A stretch of DNA of 64,000 nucleotides from contig JAYWIR010000012.1 of assembly GCA_036172245.1 (NCBI GenBank), forward strand, positions 3,596,001 through 3,660,000. Reading direction: 5' to 3'. Source of the DNA: Raillietiella orientalis. Its lineage: Eukaryota. A model generated the notes under the pieces. That model did not search any database, had not been told where the DNA came from, and saw only the letters and a program-made list of their open reading frames with translations. Shown piece after piece: positions 1-12,235 of this stretch. Position 1 is the stretch's first letter. The number at the start of each line of letters is the position of its first letter. The position numbers were made by a program, and so were the translations under genes.

Positions 1-1950
1 GGGAAAACAGGGACTCCTGTGCTTTCGCTCGCCGGCGATGAGGTGTTGAAATTTTTCCCCTTTTGGTGGTGTAGCGAACGTGGCGTGTCGAATTCGTTCA
101 CCGCTCAATCACAGGGAAGACGGAGGAGCTTCTGAAGCTCTGAGCTCATGAGCTTTCGGGGTGATCCTTCCTAGAACTTGTGCACATTTTGCCACCCACC
201 CAGTGGGAATAGGTGAGTTGCTAGCTACATCTTTCGGAACAGAATCCAGAACATCCAAAAATGAATTCCAGTCTGTACAAGAGGAAAGTTTTACGCATGT
301 ACATTGTGTCTTATGGATGGTACCGCCACATGCACTGCTCACTCACTGTGTAGCACGTCTTGCGGGCTGGTGGGCAGGGGTGAAGCGAAATTTTTCAAGG
401 TGTAAGGTGACAGTTTATCTGTGGGGAAAGTGAAGTTATTTTTAAAATCCGGTGAGTTCTTCGTAAAAGGAAAAACAAATGAAATATCTCAACGAATGGA
501 TAAATGAACTCTGGTGAGGCATCGGAAAGTTTACTAGTTGTCCCATGACTTGATTGCATTAATAGCAAACTGCATGTGTAGTGCACGCACACACACACAC
601 ACACACGCGCACGCACGCACACACATATATGTGTGTGTGTGTGTGTGTGTTCCTGCGTTTGAGGATGTGTTTTCTGACAGCATGTTTTTTATAATGTATG
701 AATTTGTGGATACGCCACATTCTCGCATTTCCGAGAATGTGGCTTGAAATTTTTGTTCGAGTAGCGTGAAAAGTGAACTGTTGTAATTATGATACATTGT
801 ATTACAAGCAGACTTTTAAATATCCGTGGTCGAGAGCAACAGAAATGCGCGCGTAATGGACGCACAGTCGATCATGACCGCAGCAGAAGTTCTCGTCACG
901 TGTTTTGAGTGGTATGAAAATGAGGTGGATGTTTGAAAAGGTGGAACTCGACGAGAGTATGTCCTTAATCTCGTTAAGCAAAACTTGTGGAATTTTCATC
1001 CGGACGGAATGATGCTGTTGTGTGCTCACTCCTTTTTCGGAATTTTCGTTTCAGTAAACGTGGAGGAGACATTCCGATATGGAGGAGGCGTTCCTCATGT
1101 GAGCCTGTTGAGAAAACTGCTCGCAGATCTGAGAAGCAGTAGCTCCAAAGAAAGTTGCTCGGCGACTGGTTTGTGCAGAGAGAGTACGCGTTAACCTAGT
1201 AGTCAGCCAGCTGCTGCCTTTGATTCATGAAATTCCAGTAAAAAGTCAAGCCAAGTCAAAAAAAAAAAAAAAAAGGGAAATTCCAGAGAGGTCACCAAAG
1301 TTCTGATGAAAAGACGAGGGACTCTGGCGTTTGAGAATAGTTCCCCCCCCCCTCCCCCCGCATCTTAGAATAAGGAGAAGTTTTTCCTCTTAGATGATAG
1401 GCAGGACGGTTTTTTAAGGATTGTGTTCCCAATATCTTCGGAAATTCAGGATTGTTCTCGTTTCTCCGTAGCGCACTTTTAGTCAGCGCCGTGTTTAGTA
1501 CATTTTTTTTTTTTTCTTTATTCTGCTCCTGCTTGTAAAGTGCTCAAGGTACATTGTCCTCGGCATATCGTCCTCTCTAATGATAGCTGTAGGTAGATTT
1601 GGATATGTGTGCCTGGTGCTTGCATGATTAAATAAAGGAACCGGTGGCGACGAAGCAAAGGAAAAGAAGAAGAAAAAAACGCGAGTTACATTATGAAGAA
1701 CTCGGGAGATAGCACCTTTGCGTACACACACACACACACACTCACCTTTCACTTTCATTTTGGTGTTTTTTCTTCCTCCCTCTCTCGTCACGCCGTCGTC
1801 GTTTCATCCGTCCCTTTTTTCCTTTTTTTTTATCCGATATTTATTTTTTAGCTGCGTCGTAAACACTTTAGTGCAAATGTAGAATTTTGTTGCATACACA
1901 CAAACAGCTGTCGATGGTTGCCCATCCTTAAATGTGTTCTTTAATTTTAG

Positions 1951-2016
1951 GGTCTGCTCCATTTCTCAGCAATAGTCTCCCAGAAAATACATACGTTTCA
2001 CACGATACTCCTCAAG
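1951..2016 (+). CDS. Probable last constant exon of an upstream lola-like BTB-ZF locus (locus A)
   Basis: Flanked by ttaattttAG and CAAG|GTAAGG. 66 nt, phase 1-1, open frame xSAPFLSNSLPENTYVSHDTPQ(G). Size, phase and the Q-G|gtaag ending mirror constant exon 3 of locus B (..DGSQ G|gtaag). Zinc-finger terminal exons follow it. Confidence 0.6.
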
Positions 2017-3059
2017 GTAAGGTTGAATTTTGTGCTTTGCATTTTTCTAATTTATTCTTTTCTTTACGAAATTATTTAAAAACGGTTTGAAATAAAGATT
2101 TGAAAATTGAGGTATGAATACTACTTATTTAATTTTTATCATTATTTTTTTTATATATATGCATATATATAAAAAAGATAAAAAGTTTCTACGCATTGTG
2201 AACACTTGATTGCCAAATTTCCAGCAAAACATCTTAATTGTCAGCTTTAGACAGATTGCCGCTTAATCAAAAGAACGCCTCCGTGTTCTTCCTCGCCGCT
2301 GAGACGAAAACGACGTGTCGTGGTGATGGCTGTTGCAATCTGCGCGTTGCAACTGCCTTGGATCTTTCCATTAACGCCGAACTCTCGAAGTATCACGTCT
2401 TGAAAAATTGGTTGCTGATTTGAAATCGTTAGTGGCCTCGGCATTTAATGATCAGTCAGTCAGCTGTTTCTGTTGCCCCGTTCGGCATTCCGTTCTCCTT
2501 TGTCAATTTGACTAAAGTAACGGCAAACGCAGGCGCATGTGATACTCTTTCGGGATGCTGAATTCGACCCTGCTCTTTCGTATTGATTGTCTTAGACTGT
2601 AATTTAAAACCCGAATGTTTTGTTTTCCCGTCGGGTTAGGTGGATATTTTGTGTTCCGCTCAATGTTTGACGTAATCCTTGTTCGTGAAACGTTCGATGT
2701 CTAGATTTTTTTCCACTTCGTGCGCTTCAACCTTGTAGATGTATCCCCCCCCTCCCCTCCTCCCTCCCCTCCCCCCCCCCTTTTTTTTTTAAACGTGCAT
2801 GCACGTGAACATCAATTGTATTATGTCTGTGTATACCTATGTAATCTGTATTCGTCTACTATGTGCCCTTATCATTAGCATCTTGCAGCTTTAGTTTCGA
2901 AACGTCAAGACGTAAAATCGATTCCTGTCTCGTGTTCTCGTGCACTTTAGGAAAGTCACGTGACGCCCGGTCTCCCTTGTGTGAGCCCGTGAAAGCGACC
3001 ACCTAGGAAGCTGCTGGGAGCCATCAGAAATAACAGGAAAAAGTGTAGAACATAAACCG

Positions 3060-3620
3060 TGTGACCCCTGCAAGTTCACGATTGTGGCGTCTTTTAGATC
3101 TTGTGGAGCTCACTTTAGCGCCGTGTACCTTAGTCAGGGGCCTCAAGGAACTTCGATTCAGCTTGATGTCCCCGCCGTAGCTTTTTGATTCGATCGTGTA
3201 GGAGATGAAAGCTGAAAAAAGCACGTTTCTGTAGATCTCTCCGAAGCGATTGCAGCGTGCGTGTTCGTTGGCATTCCGTTCCTCACTCGCACCCAGCAGT
3301 GAAGAAGAAGAAGAACTGTTGCCGCTGTCCCGTAATGCAGCTTCCCACCGCGAGCACCACCGCCGCCATCCGTCGCCAGCACGCTTGTCAGCCACAAGGC
3401 AAGGTTCCCTGTTGTAATAATCGTAGGGTGGGAGATTACGTGATTCGACGCAGTGTCGACCGAGGTTGGGTCAGAGGTTCAGGGAACAACCGCCGTGATT
3501 CCTGCAGTCCCAAGTGGTCAGTACCCAAGTCGCCCGGCACAGATTTCGAAGTGCGTGAAAATCGAAAGCGACGATTTTGGTAGGTTAAGGCGAGGCCTCG
3601 TGGCGTGTTGCTGTTGGTGG
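3060..3620 (-). mobile_element. Highly decayed non-LTR retrotransposon reverse-transcriptase remnant
   Basis: Minus-strand frames give RT-like motifs in the expected order: WLTSVL, RFGEIYRNVLFSAFI (QG..LSP.LF-like), YGGDIKL (YADD-like, about 3161-3180) and HGAKVSSTRSK (G.K.N..KS-like). Frameshifted. Confidence 0.4.
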
Positions 3621-5878
3621 CCACCATTCAAATAGTGTGTTGAAAGTACAGCTTGGGCTCGGTCGTTGCAGCCACTCGATGGGTGCTGTGGAAACCCTGT
3701 CTCGTGCCACGAACGGGAGTACATCTTTGCGACTAGGCACACCGGAATAGTTGTTCTCAGTGGTGGTGGTGGGGGGGGGGCAAATTGCTGACGTTTTAAA
3801 AAACAAACGAATCCTTTGCTGGTAACTTTCAGGTGATGAGTAGTCGTGTGTCTGATGGGGAAAGCAGCAGCAGCAGCAGGAAGATAAGACTTGTGTTAAA
3901 CGATCCGGTTTTGCTGCGAACACGGACAGTCGATCAGCTTAATAACGCATTTCCGAACCTTTCGAACGCTCTCTTTCTTTTTTCTTTTTTTTTATATTTC
4001 CTGGAAAGATACACGGTAATGGTTATTTGACAGATGCACTGTTTGTTTGCCCCTTTTTTGGCCGCAGGCTGTAAAACAACGTGTGTAATGGGCAGGACTT
4101 TGACGTTCTCTGCTGCGTGTGCGTGTGTGTACACAGAACAGTATACAGTTCCACTGGCTTTCACGAAATAAGAACCTTGTATGCGATTTCAGCTTTCCGG
4201 ATCACGCTGTTTCCAGAAAATTCTGAGCAACCGCCAAGTGTTTGTGTGTGTGTGGTGTGTATCAACATTTTTCCCCATTTTTATGATTTTTTTTTTTTTT
4301 TTGCATTTTTTTTGTTATTTTACGTTGTGAGTAAGTGCACAGAAAACGACCACATCTCGAAAACTCCGTATTCCTGAATCGCGTAGGTGTGTGTTCAGAT
4401 GTGCATGAATTCGTGTCCACCACCGACGTCATCACCCATTTTGTGTGCGCGCGCGCCGTTGCCGATGATTTCGAGGCTCTTCGCCTCAAGCAACTCACGT
4501 TGGTGTTTTGCGTGTCCGTTTGTGATTGCGTTTTCCCGTAGGAACAGTGTACTTTGAAGAAGGGGAAACGCCGGCGAACACGTGTTTCTTATAAAATTTT
4601 TTTTTTTTTTTTTTTCCATTTCGTGGCTGTTTTTTTCCCTCTCTTCCTCCCCCCCCCCTCCCTCATCCCATTGATTTTCTTATCCCTGCGGAAACTCTTT
4701 CGGGGTTTCGGGCTACAAAAATGTTTTGTGGGAAAACTAATTAATTTGTTGTAAACTCTCAAATACGATTCCCCGACGATATCCAGATGTGAAGTGCATG
4801 TTTAAAGACAAGGGGAGGCCAAGGCCTCCGTCTGCTTCGGGAAATAATGGTGAACATGCATGAAAAATGGTAACAGCGCTCTCCCGAATAATGAAGGAAT
4901 CTCTGTTGGTCATACGTTTTCCCCCCCCGGCAGAAAATGGTGTTTTGCATTAAGAAAGACGAGAGAGAGAGTACTGAATGCTTGTCTCAGACGAGAGAGG
5001 GTACGTGAAGAACTCGAGGAATGGATCGGACTGATTTCGAAGGAAGAGCCGAGCCACCAACTCTCTTCCAGCAGCCGTCAAGTGCTCTGAACGCAGTGGT
5101 CGAAAGCGGCTTGCCCTTTGGTACAGTTTGAAGAAACATATTTCAGATCCTTGACTGTGTACGGCGAGATCTCCAACTTGCTCGTGGCGGCGGTACGCGC
5201 GGTCGATCCACACAGCTCGTAGTTTGTATCCATTCGAAAATGTCGAAGAGTGTACGGAAATGCTCCACAAAGCTCAAGGTGGTGTGTGTGTGTCGCGATC
5301 CTTCTTCGCTCTCCCGCTGAATATTCTAGAATTTTTTCCTTTCGAAAGTTCCCGAATGAGCTGTCCGAAAACCAGTACGGTACACAATGTAAATGTTTAT
5401 TTTGATTCTGACTTTTTGTTCGTTTTGTTTTTGTTTTTTGTTTTTTGTTTTTTGTTTTTGTTTTTGTTTGTTTCCCCCCCCCCCCCTTCCGTGCTCCCGA
5501 GCATGCCTGTATGTGTGTGTAAGTTCAAGTTGGGCATTTCCGTATGTTTCCGTAATGGCGACACGATTTAGGTGTGTGTGTGTTGCAGGATGCATTCCCC
5601 CGGAACAGATTACGTGGTGATGCCCACCACCACACTGCTTCTTCCTTGACCGCAGCTTCCCACGTGGCGCGCGCTCTGTACACTGGAATTCGAAAAGAAA
5701 AAAAAAAACAAACAAACAAAAAAAACGACAGTGTTCGCAGTGATGTGTTTAATTGGCTTACTTTTAGTAGGTTATTTCAGTAGACTGTATATGGCGCGCA
5801 ATTTGTTACAACTCTTTATTTATCTTTTTATTTGTAGTTTGAGAAATGCATGGTGATTCTTTGTTTTAATCATTTCAG

Positions 5879-6186
5879 AGCAGAAGGAAGGTATTGAAAA
5901 TCCGCGGATACACATTTCTCAAACGATAACAGAATTGTATACCCGATATAGTATACCTGATAGAATGCTTCCAACATCAAAGCCGTGGAAGAACACTTAC
6001 ATTTGTCCGAAATGTGGCCGTGGGTACAGTGTGCCATCCACTTTAAATCGTCACTTGAGGATGGAGTGTGGAGTTGAGCCAAAGTTCTCGTGCGTCGTAT
6101 GCTCCACCAAATTTCGCCATAAACATCATTTAATGCAGCATTTGAATTTGCATTATAAATATTTAGTAGCTAATAAAGATCTTTGA
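5879..6186 (+). CDS. lola-like variable terminal exon A1, CCHC+C2H2 zinc-finger pair
   Basis: Acceptor catttcAG (5877-5878), phase 1. Encodes YICPKCGRGYSVPSTLNRHLRMECGVEPKFSCVVCSTKFRHKHHLMQHLNLH, then stop. Confidence 0.9.
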
Positions 6187-6608
6187 AAATATTCATTTAT
6201 CTTTTCTTATTCCATTAGACATTTTGTTTGTTTCTTGGATAGATTCGTTGAACTTTGGCCCAAATCTTTGTTTAGTAACTGACTTTGCATTATCAGAGCT
6301 GTTTTTCTTGACAGAAGAAAATTTGGATGTATTGTGACTTGCGAAGTGATGCGATGTAACTCTGAGTTTCTTGAAAATCTCCTTTTTGTGTGTGTGTGTG
6401 TTTTTTTTATTTATTTTGTTTGCTTTCTTTTTTTTTCTTTTTCTTTCTTTCCTCTCTCTCTCTTTTTTGTGTGTGTGTGTGTTTTTTTTTTTCCATTACG
6501 GGGAACGCAATTACTTTTTGTTTGTATTTGAATCACCATTTTTGCACATTTCAAAGTGTAGTATTCCAGGCATTATTAATTTTGAGACAGTAAATTTTTG
6601 GTTTTCAG

Positions 6609-6799
6609 GCATCAGGTCTGTAAATTCGCTGAAATTACATTGTCCTCGATGCGGCCGTCAATATCTGTGGAAATCAACTCTGGAGAGACATCTTAAATAT
6701 GAATGCGGGCAGAAACCTTCCTTCGCTTGTCATTTTTGTCAAAAAAAATTCAAACGCAAGGACTCTTTGCAAGATCACGTTATGGCATTGCATTATTAA
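6609..6799 (+). CDS. lola-like variable terminal exon A2, CCHC+C2H2 zinc-finger pair
   Basis: Acceptor gttttcAG, phase 1; an alternative in-frame acceptor would start the exon at 6570. Encodes LHCPRCGRQYLWKSTLERHLKYECGQKPSFACHFCQKKFKRKDSLQDHVMALH. Confidence 0.9.
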
Positions 6800-7060
6800 T
6801 GGAATGTCCGATTTGCAATCATGTTTAAATTGTACATTTCAATTAAAAAAAAAAAAAAAAAATTTTTTTCCTGAGAATAATGGTATTTTATACAATTCGT
6901 GGGCCTTTATTTTTTTTTTTCGTTATACAATTTGAAGGATTTGTGTAGCATGTTGTTCATGGTTTTTTTTTTTTGGTTTTTTTTCCCCTCCCCCACCCCA
7001 CCCGCCCAGCTACCCACCCACCCACCCACCCCCCCAAAAAAAAACAGAAAAAGCAAAAAA

Positions 7061-7062
<2 letters not shown>

Positions 7063-7091
<29 letters not shown>

Positions 7092-7127
7092 AAAGGAGAA
7101 AAGCAAAAAAATATATATATACACAGA

Positions 7128-7177
<50 letters not shown>

Positions 7178-7230
7178 TCGTATGTATGTATATGTATGTA
7201 TATATGTATATATATATATATATATATATT
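7063..7230. repeat. (AG)n and (TA)n microsatellites
   Basis: Directly visible dinucleotide runs. Similar runs occur throughout the window, e.g. 8695-8731 (GTT)n, 9889-9994, 10512-10582, 22196-22230 and 44655-44690. Confidence 0.95.
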
Positions 7231-7379
7231 GATTCACCTAGCTGCGTACACTTCTATGCCTGTGATGATGCAATATTGAATAAGCCTGTATTTTACAAAA
7301 AACTGTATGACTTAATTGAAAGCCATGTGTATAGTTTATGTCAAGTTTTTTATATTTTTGCCAACTTGCATCTTTTTAG

Positions 7380-7702
7380 CGCGGTGGGGTGAATGGGAAC
7401 AAGGGAGCTTGGATGATCCTGCCCCTTATATGTATCCGACGGTTCATATAACCGAAGGGAATGAAAATCACTGGGAAGACGAACACAAAACAAGACCGTT
7501 CATCTGCCCACGCTGTTTCCGAACATACAAAAAAGCCCGTTACTTGCGCCGTCATGTGATGGAAGAGTGCGGAGTCGAGCGCAAATACCAGTGCAGCATT
7601 TGCGGTTCCAAGTTTGCGCACAGTCACCACTTGCGGCGCCACCTGAAGAATGTTCATAGAGACTTGGATACCACGATACCCGAGCTAAAACCTGCGGTGT
7701 GA
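7380..7702 (+). CDS. lola-like variable terminal exon A3, CCHC+C2H2 zinc-finger pair
   Basis: Acceptor tctttttAG, phase 1. Encodes FICPRCFRTYKKARYLRRHVMEECGVERKYQCSICGSKFAHSHHLRRHLKNVH. Confidence 0.92.
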
Positions 7703-8694
7703 TGGGTACTTACGCTGGTCTTTTTTGGCAAATTGTCTAGTCCCATACCTAGTCATTGTTGATGATTTTTTTTCCTTTTTTTTTTGTTCAATCATTATCA
7801 TTATTGTGACCTTCTCTCACCAAAGACATGTTCTAGTCAAGAGGTTCTTATCCCCAATTAATCAAGCTTTAGCTTGTATAGTTTCTTCTGTGCTGTGTGT
7901 GCATATATAAGCTGAATTTGTTTACAATCCAATATAAAGTCTATTATTTAGTGACCAGCGAAGAATTTTATGTTTTAAAATTTTAAAGAAAAATGCAAAA
8001 AGGAAAAAAAAAAAAAAAAGAAAGGAAAAAAATAAAAAAGAAAAAAAAAAAAAGAGAAATCGGAAACGTATCAATAAAACATTGAATAAATTTTGGACTG
8101 TTTTCATTTCTTGTTCTGTGATCTCTGTCCATGCCCTTTGTATTAGTCATAGTGCTTGCCGAAAATCCGAGACATATAGCAGAGATGTTAGTGCAAGAGT
8201 TTCATCCTGCCGTGGGTTGTATAATCATTCATGCCAGTGCGACTTGGGCAGTTCCCATCATTGCCATTCCATAATAAATCTGTGAAGTGTTGTGCTGTCA
8301 AACGGGGTGAGCAAGTGCAAAAAAAAGTAGTGGTGGTGCCGCTTGATTGCTTACATCTGCTTGTGACATAGCTTCAAGATTATAAAATAGTTTGTAAGAA
8401 GAAGAGTGGGGGGAGGAGGGGGGAAGTAACACCATGTAAAGTTCCCGTTGAGTGTACACACACACACACACACACACAAAAGAAATGTAAAACACACACA
8501 CGAAGGAGGGGGGGGGAGAGAGAGAGAGAGAGGGAATAGCGCTGTGTTTCTCCCCCCCCCCTTCCTTTCCTTTCTTTCTGTGATGAGGAATGTGGGTGTT
8601 GGTTTTCCACCGAGCGAATCAGAAACATCGGTAGTGTTCCTACTTCGCACCTTGTAACTGTGTTTGCAGTCATTTTTTATTTCCCCTGGTAGCC

Positions 8695-8732
<38 letters not shown>

Positions 8733-9493
8733 GTATGTGTGTGTTCTTTGTTTCAGTTTTCAGTTTCTCGTTTTTAAAGAGCCGTGACCTGTCAGAGGAC
8801 ACACGTGCAGGAATAGAGGGAACGAGGGCATCTTCGGATGAGTTGCTTGCCGTTTGTTTTGGTATCTCCAGAAACCTCGGTGTGGTCCACCCACCCCCAC
8901 CCCCTGCTTTGCACACACTTTGCTGCTAGACTTGTGGTATCCCTTAGGTGGAACCTACATTTTCGCTTTTGTGTGTGTGTGTGTCTTTTTTTGTTTCGTT
9001 GCATTCTCAAAACAAGCGAGCAGTAACGACAACGGACTTTTCAGAAGTTCTGGACTCTGCTAGAACTAAGCCGATACGTATTTTTCCTCCTCCTCCTCTT
9101 TCACTCCCCCCTCCCCCCCCCCCCAAAAAAAAAAAGAAAACAGAAAGAAAAAAGAACCTTGTGCAAGTGTTAAAAGAGTGTGCCTTAACTGTTTGCCCAC
9201 GTGGTTGAGCTCGTTCCTCACATAGTTTCGGGTAGTGGCAAAAGTGTATGGTGGTTCATGACGGTAGGCACTTGTTGAATGTTCGTCTCTAGGAAAATTT
9301 GTGGTTTGCCCGTTGTGCATGACTAGCAATGCATTCTGCTCGCCATGAGGTTTTTTTTACGTTTGCTTACTTTTAGACAGAAATTTTTGCCTAATTGTGA
9401 AAAGACTTCAGTTACTTTTGTTTTGTTTGCTGTGCTGTAAAAGTTGGTTTGAAAACGAGACAAAATGAATTGACCAGTTCTCTTTATTTTTAG

Positions 9494-9720
9494 AATGGAA
9501 ACGGTTTGTTTGGTCGTCAGGGACTTGGCAGCCGTTAGTCAAAAAGTTTGAATGTAATCGTTGTGGCAGAAGATACACCAATCGAAGAAATATGTTACGC
9601 CATATGAAAAATGAGTGTGGCGTAGAACCGCGTTTTCAGTGTCCAACATGTAACAAGAAATTTGCATACAGGTTCTATTTGCAAGCACACATGAGATCAT
9701 GGCACGTACAGTCACAATAA
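9494..9720 (+). CDS. lola-like variable terminal exon A4, CCHC+C2H2 zinc-finger pair (absent from ORF track)
   Basis: Acceptor tctttatttttAG, phase 1. Hand translation: EWKRFVWSSGTWQPLVKKFECNRCGRRYTNRRNMLRHMKNECGVEPRFQCPTCNKKFAYRFYLQAHMRSWHVQSQ*. The stop overlaps AATAAA (9716-9721). Confidence 0.92.
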
Positions 9721-9883
9721 AATTAACATTGATTACATGTTCTGATATCATTTGCTGTTTTTTTTAACACTCTTTACATCCCTTACGTTGTGTTACAGAA
9801 TTAAGTGTTTACATGTATGGTCTCGAGATTCTACAGAATAATTTATGAACGCCAGAATGATTAAGAAAAAATATATATATATC

Positions 9884-9932
<49 letters not shown>

Positions 9933-9964
9933 CTATCAATCTATCTATCTATCTATATCTCTCT

Positions 9965-9998
<34 letters not shown>

Positions 9999-10061
9999 GT
10001 GTGTGTATCTCGAGATATCTACAAACTAAACAACGTGAAAGATAAATGTGTGTATTTCCAG

Positions 10062-10297
10062 GTGCAAGGCGGCTTGAATGGAATAGTTTTCTGGTTGCAG
10101 ATATAAGAGAATATAACTGCAAAAGTTGTGGCAGAAAGTATCGCAAAGCGAACACGTTACGAAGGCACCAACGCTACGAATGTGGTAAACTGCCGAGTTA
10201 TCAGTGCCGTGTCTGTAGCAAGCGGTTTTCGCATTCGCATCAGTTAAAGCGACACCTTAACAGAATCCACTGTGAAACCACAGTCCACGTGACGTGA
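10062..10297 (+). CDS. lola-like variable terminal exon A5, CCHC+C2H2 zinc-finger pair
   Basis: Acceptor tatttccAG, phase 1; an alternative in-frame acceptor would start the exon at 10101. Encodes YNCKSCGRKYRKANTLRRHQRYECGKLPSYQCRVCSKRFSHSHQLKRHLNRIH. AATAAA at 10715. Confidence 0.9.
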
Positions 10298-10507
10298 AAA
10301 GGCTTTTTGCGAGTTTTGTTATTTTTGGAAGCTTAGAGGTATCAGGAAACAATCTTGAATCAGTGAGTTTCGGCATTCTGGTCAACGTAATGACGAAAGT
10401 GGTCACTCACGTGAACGATTCTGAAATGAAAAAAAAAAAAAAAAAAAAAACCTTTTTTTTTCTTTTTTTTTCCCCCCCTCCCCCCTCCCCACTCTTCCCC
10501 CCCCCCC

Positions 10508-10555
<48 letters not shown>

Positions 10556-10955
10556 ATACACTCTCTCTCTCTCTCTCTCTCTTTTTGAAAGTTTAATAAT
10601 AATAATAATAATAATAAAAGAAAAAAGTTAGAAAGCTGAAGTATTCATTGGCATATATGTGTCTCTTGTTGCATGTGGACCAACATATCAAATGTGTACC
10701 TCCTACAAATATGAAATAAAAATCTGCTCTGTGCTTAATTTTTGAAACTTGTGTGCCTTTTTATTTTCCTCACCGCAGAGTAGTTAAAGGTGGATCGCCT
10801 ACCTCATTCTGGGAGACCTCTACGACTGCATCCGGCATGTCCGTGCCACATCTCCTAAGAGTGTCAGTCAGTGTTTTTGTCTTCTGCAACCACCGTGCCC
10901 TGTTGTCTGTCGTGCACGGTCTCTAGTAGTACTACGTGTGTGTGCGGGGTGTTCA

Positions 10956-11108
10956 TTCATGTGCAAGCGGTGCGCCAGTGGCTCCCACCATGAAAACCCG
11001 AATCACGTCCTATTCATCACGTGCGTTCCGAATGCCAACAACACATTTTGCCGGTTGGTTCGTCTTCGCCACAGAGCTCGCAGTCTTCTGCACTTTGTGG
11101 CCGGGCAC
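10956..11108 (+). pseudogene. Possible frameshifted zinc-finger pseudo-exon
   Basis: FMCKRC in one frame, HHVRSEC (RHxRxEC-like) in another, then FCRLVRLRHRARSLLHFVAGH. No clean in-frame acceptor. Confidence 0.35.
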
Positions 11109-11870
11109 CGTGGAATTTCGGCTCCCGACTCGATTTCGATTCCGTGGTTCAGGCGATGGAAGAGAATCCAAGGCAGAATCCGATGAATGGAAAGAGTAAG
11201 AAAGAAAGAAAAAACAGCACTCGGGGGATCGGAGGTCTTAAGAGGAGGTGCTGCAAACCAAAGTGCCTGCCTGCCGTGCTAGCCGTTTTTTCGTCTTCCA
11301 GTCACTCGAAAGCCCCTCCCACAGCGGGGTCCAGTGCATTCCAAACCTCCTCCAGGTTGGGTTGCCGTCTTTCCACGCGGGAAAGAAGGCTTCAGGTGTG
11401 TTTTCTGCTTTCCCCATTTTCGCATCCGATCCGCCTCCTTTGCGGCTTCGAGTGAGAACTCTCGGCGGGCGAGGTGTTGTGTGCCTTTTTGCGTGCACTT
11501 TTTTTTTTTTTTTTTTTTTCTACTGCCAGTGCGCATCGCCAGAGTTTTTTGGTACCAGAGAGGCATTTCTTCCAACTTTACCGTTCCCAAATAAATGCAC
11601 AGCACCAGGCGAAAAGTGGATGCAGGAAAGGAAAAAAAAATCCCTCTCTCTCCCTCTCTCTAAGAAACAGCAGTGTGTGCTTCCATTGTGTTCAAAGCCT
11701 TGCAGGCGATGTGCGATTTCTGTGACGTGTGGACTGATATCGATTTTCGCGCGGTGTACGCAGTTCGAGACCCACGAGGAACGGCTTGGGCTCGCAAGCG
11801 TCACCAGCCGCAGGCGAACGTAGACCTGCCGAAGAGTTCGCTTCGTTGTGTTTCATTTTACTTTTTCCAG

Positions 11871-12235
11871 GTTTGCGCCCAAGGGTTTCTTCCCAGCTAG
11901 GAATCAGACAAGCCAGGAGGCTTCGCAGCTTCTGTGGTGCCGCGCAAGAGTGGTCGCGGGCAATCTGTCGTTTCTCGGTGGACGCGCCGGGATGTTTTGC
12001 CCGGGGGACAGACGTTTCCATTTCCTGCCCCGGGCAAAGCCATGCGGAAGTTTACGGAACACCTTTCGTCCCCTGTGGACGCCGCTCGCTCGCGTTGGCG
12101 CTGACCGGATGGAAATTTCGAGAGCCAAGACGCGAGATTTTCCTTCCCCCTTATCGGGCGTGGTTCCCACGGCACGTACGGTGGCCTCCGAAATGGGGTA
12201 CGGACAGAGTTATTTTTAGGCGTGCCGCCGCGTAA
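11871..12235 (+). CDS. Candidate non-zinc-finger variable terminal exon of locus A
   Basis: Strong acceptor tttcattttactttttccAG in phase 1, followed by about 120 open codons. Only short, weak resemblances to the exon at 40670. Confidence 0.3.

Noticed and set aside
1..160. Faint BTB-like fragments (TPVLSL..VLKFF, GGVANVA, EELLKL) as a relic of locus A exon 2
   Set aside because: The match needs several frameshifts and deletions, and it is too weak to separate from chance by eye.
583..650. (CA)n tract followed by (TG)n tract forming a potential cruciform
   Set aside because: A simple juxtaposition of microsatellites that are abundant throughout the window.
714..743. Perfect 12-bp hairpin gccacattctcg/cgagaatgtggc
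   Set aside because: It is real but isolated, and no function can be supported. The ECGV it yields on the minus strand has no flanking zinc ligands.
9185..9350. VCPRG ... RHL / VECSSLGKFVVCPLCM as a zinc-finger relic
   Set aside because: Spacing between the Cys pair and RH is wrong, there are stops, and no acceptor is evident. Left unreported pending a profile search.
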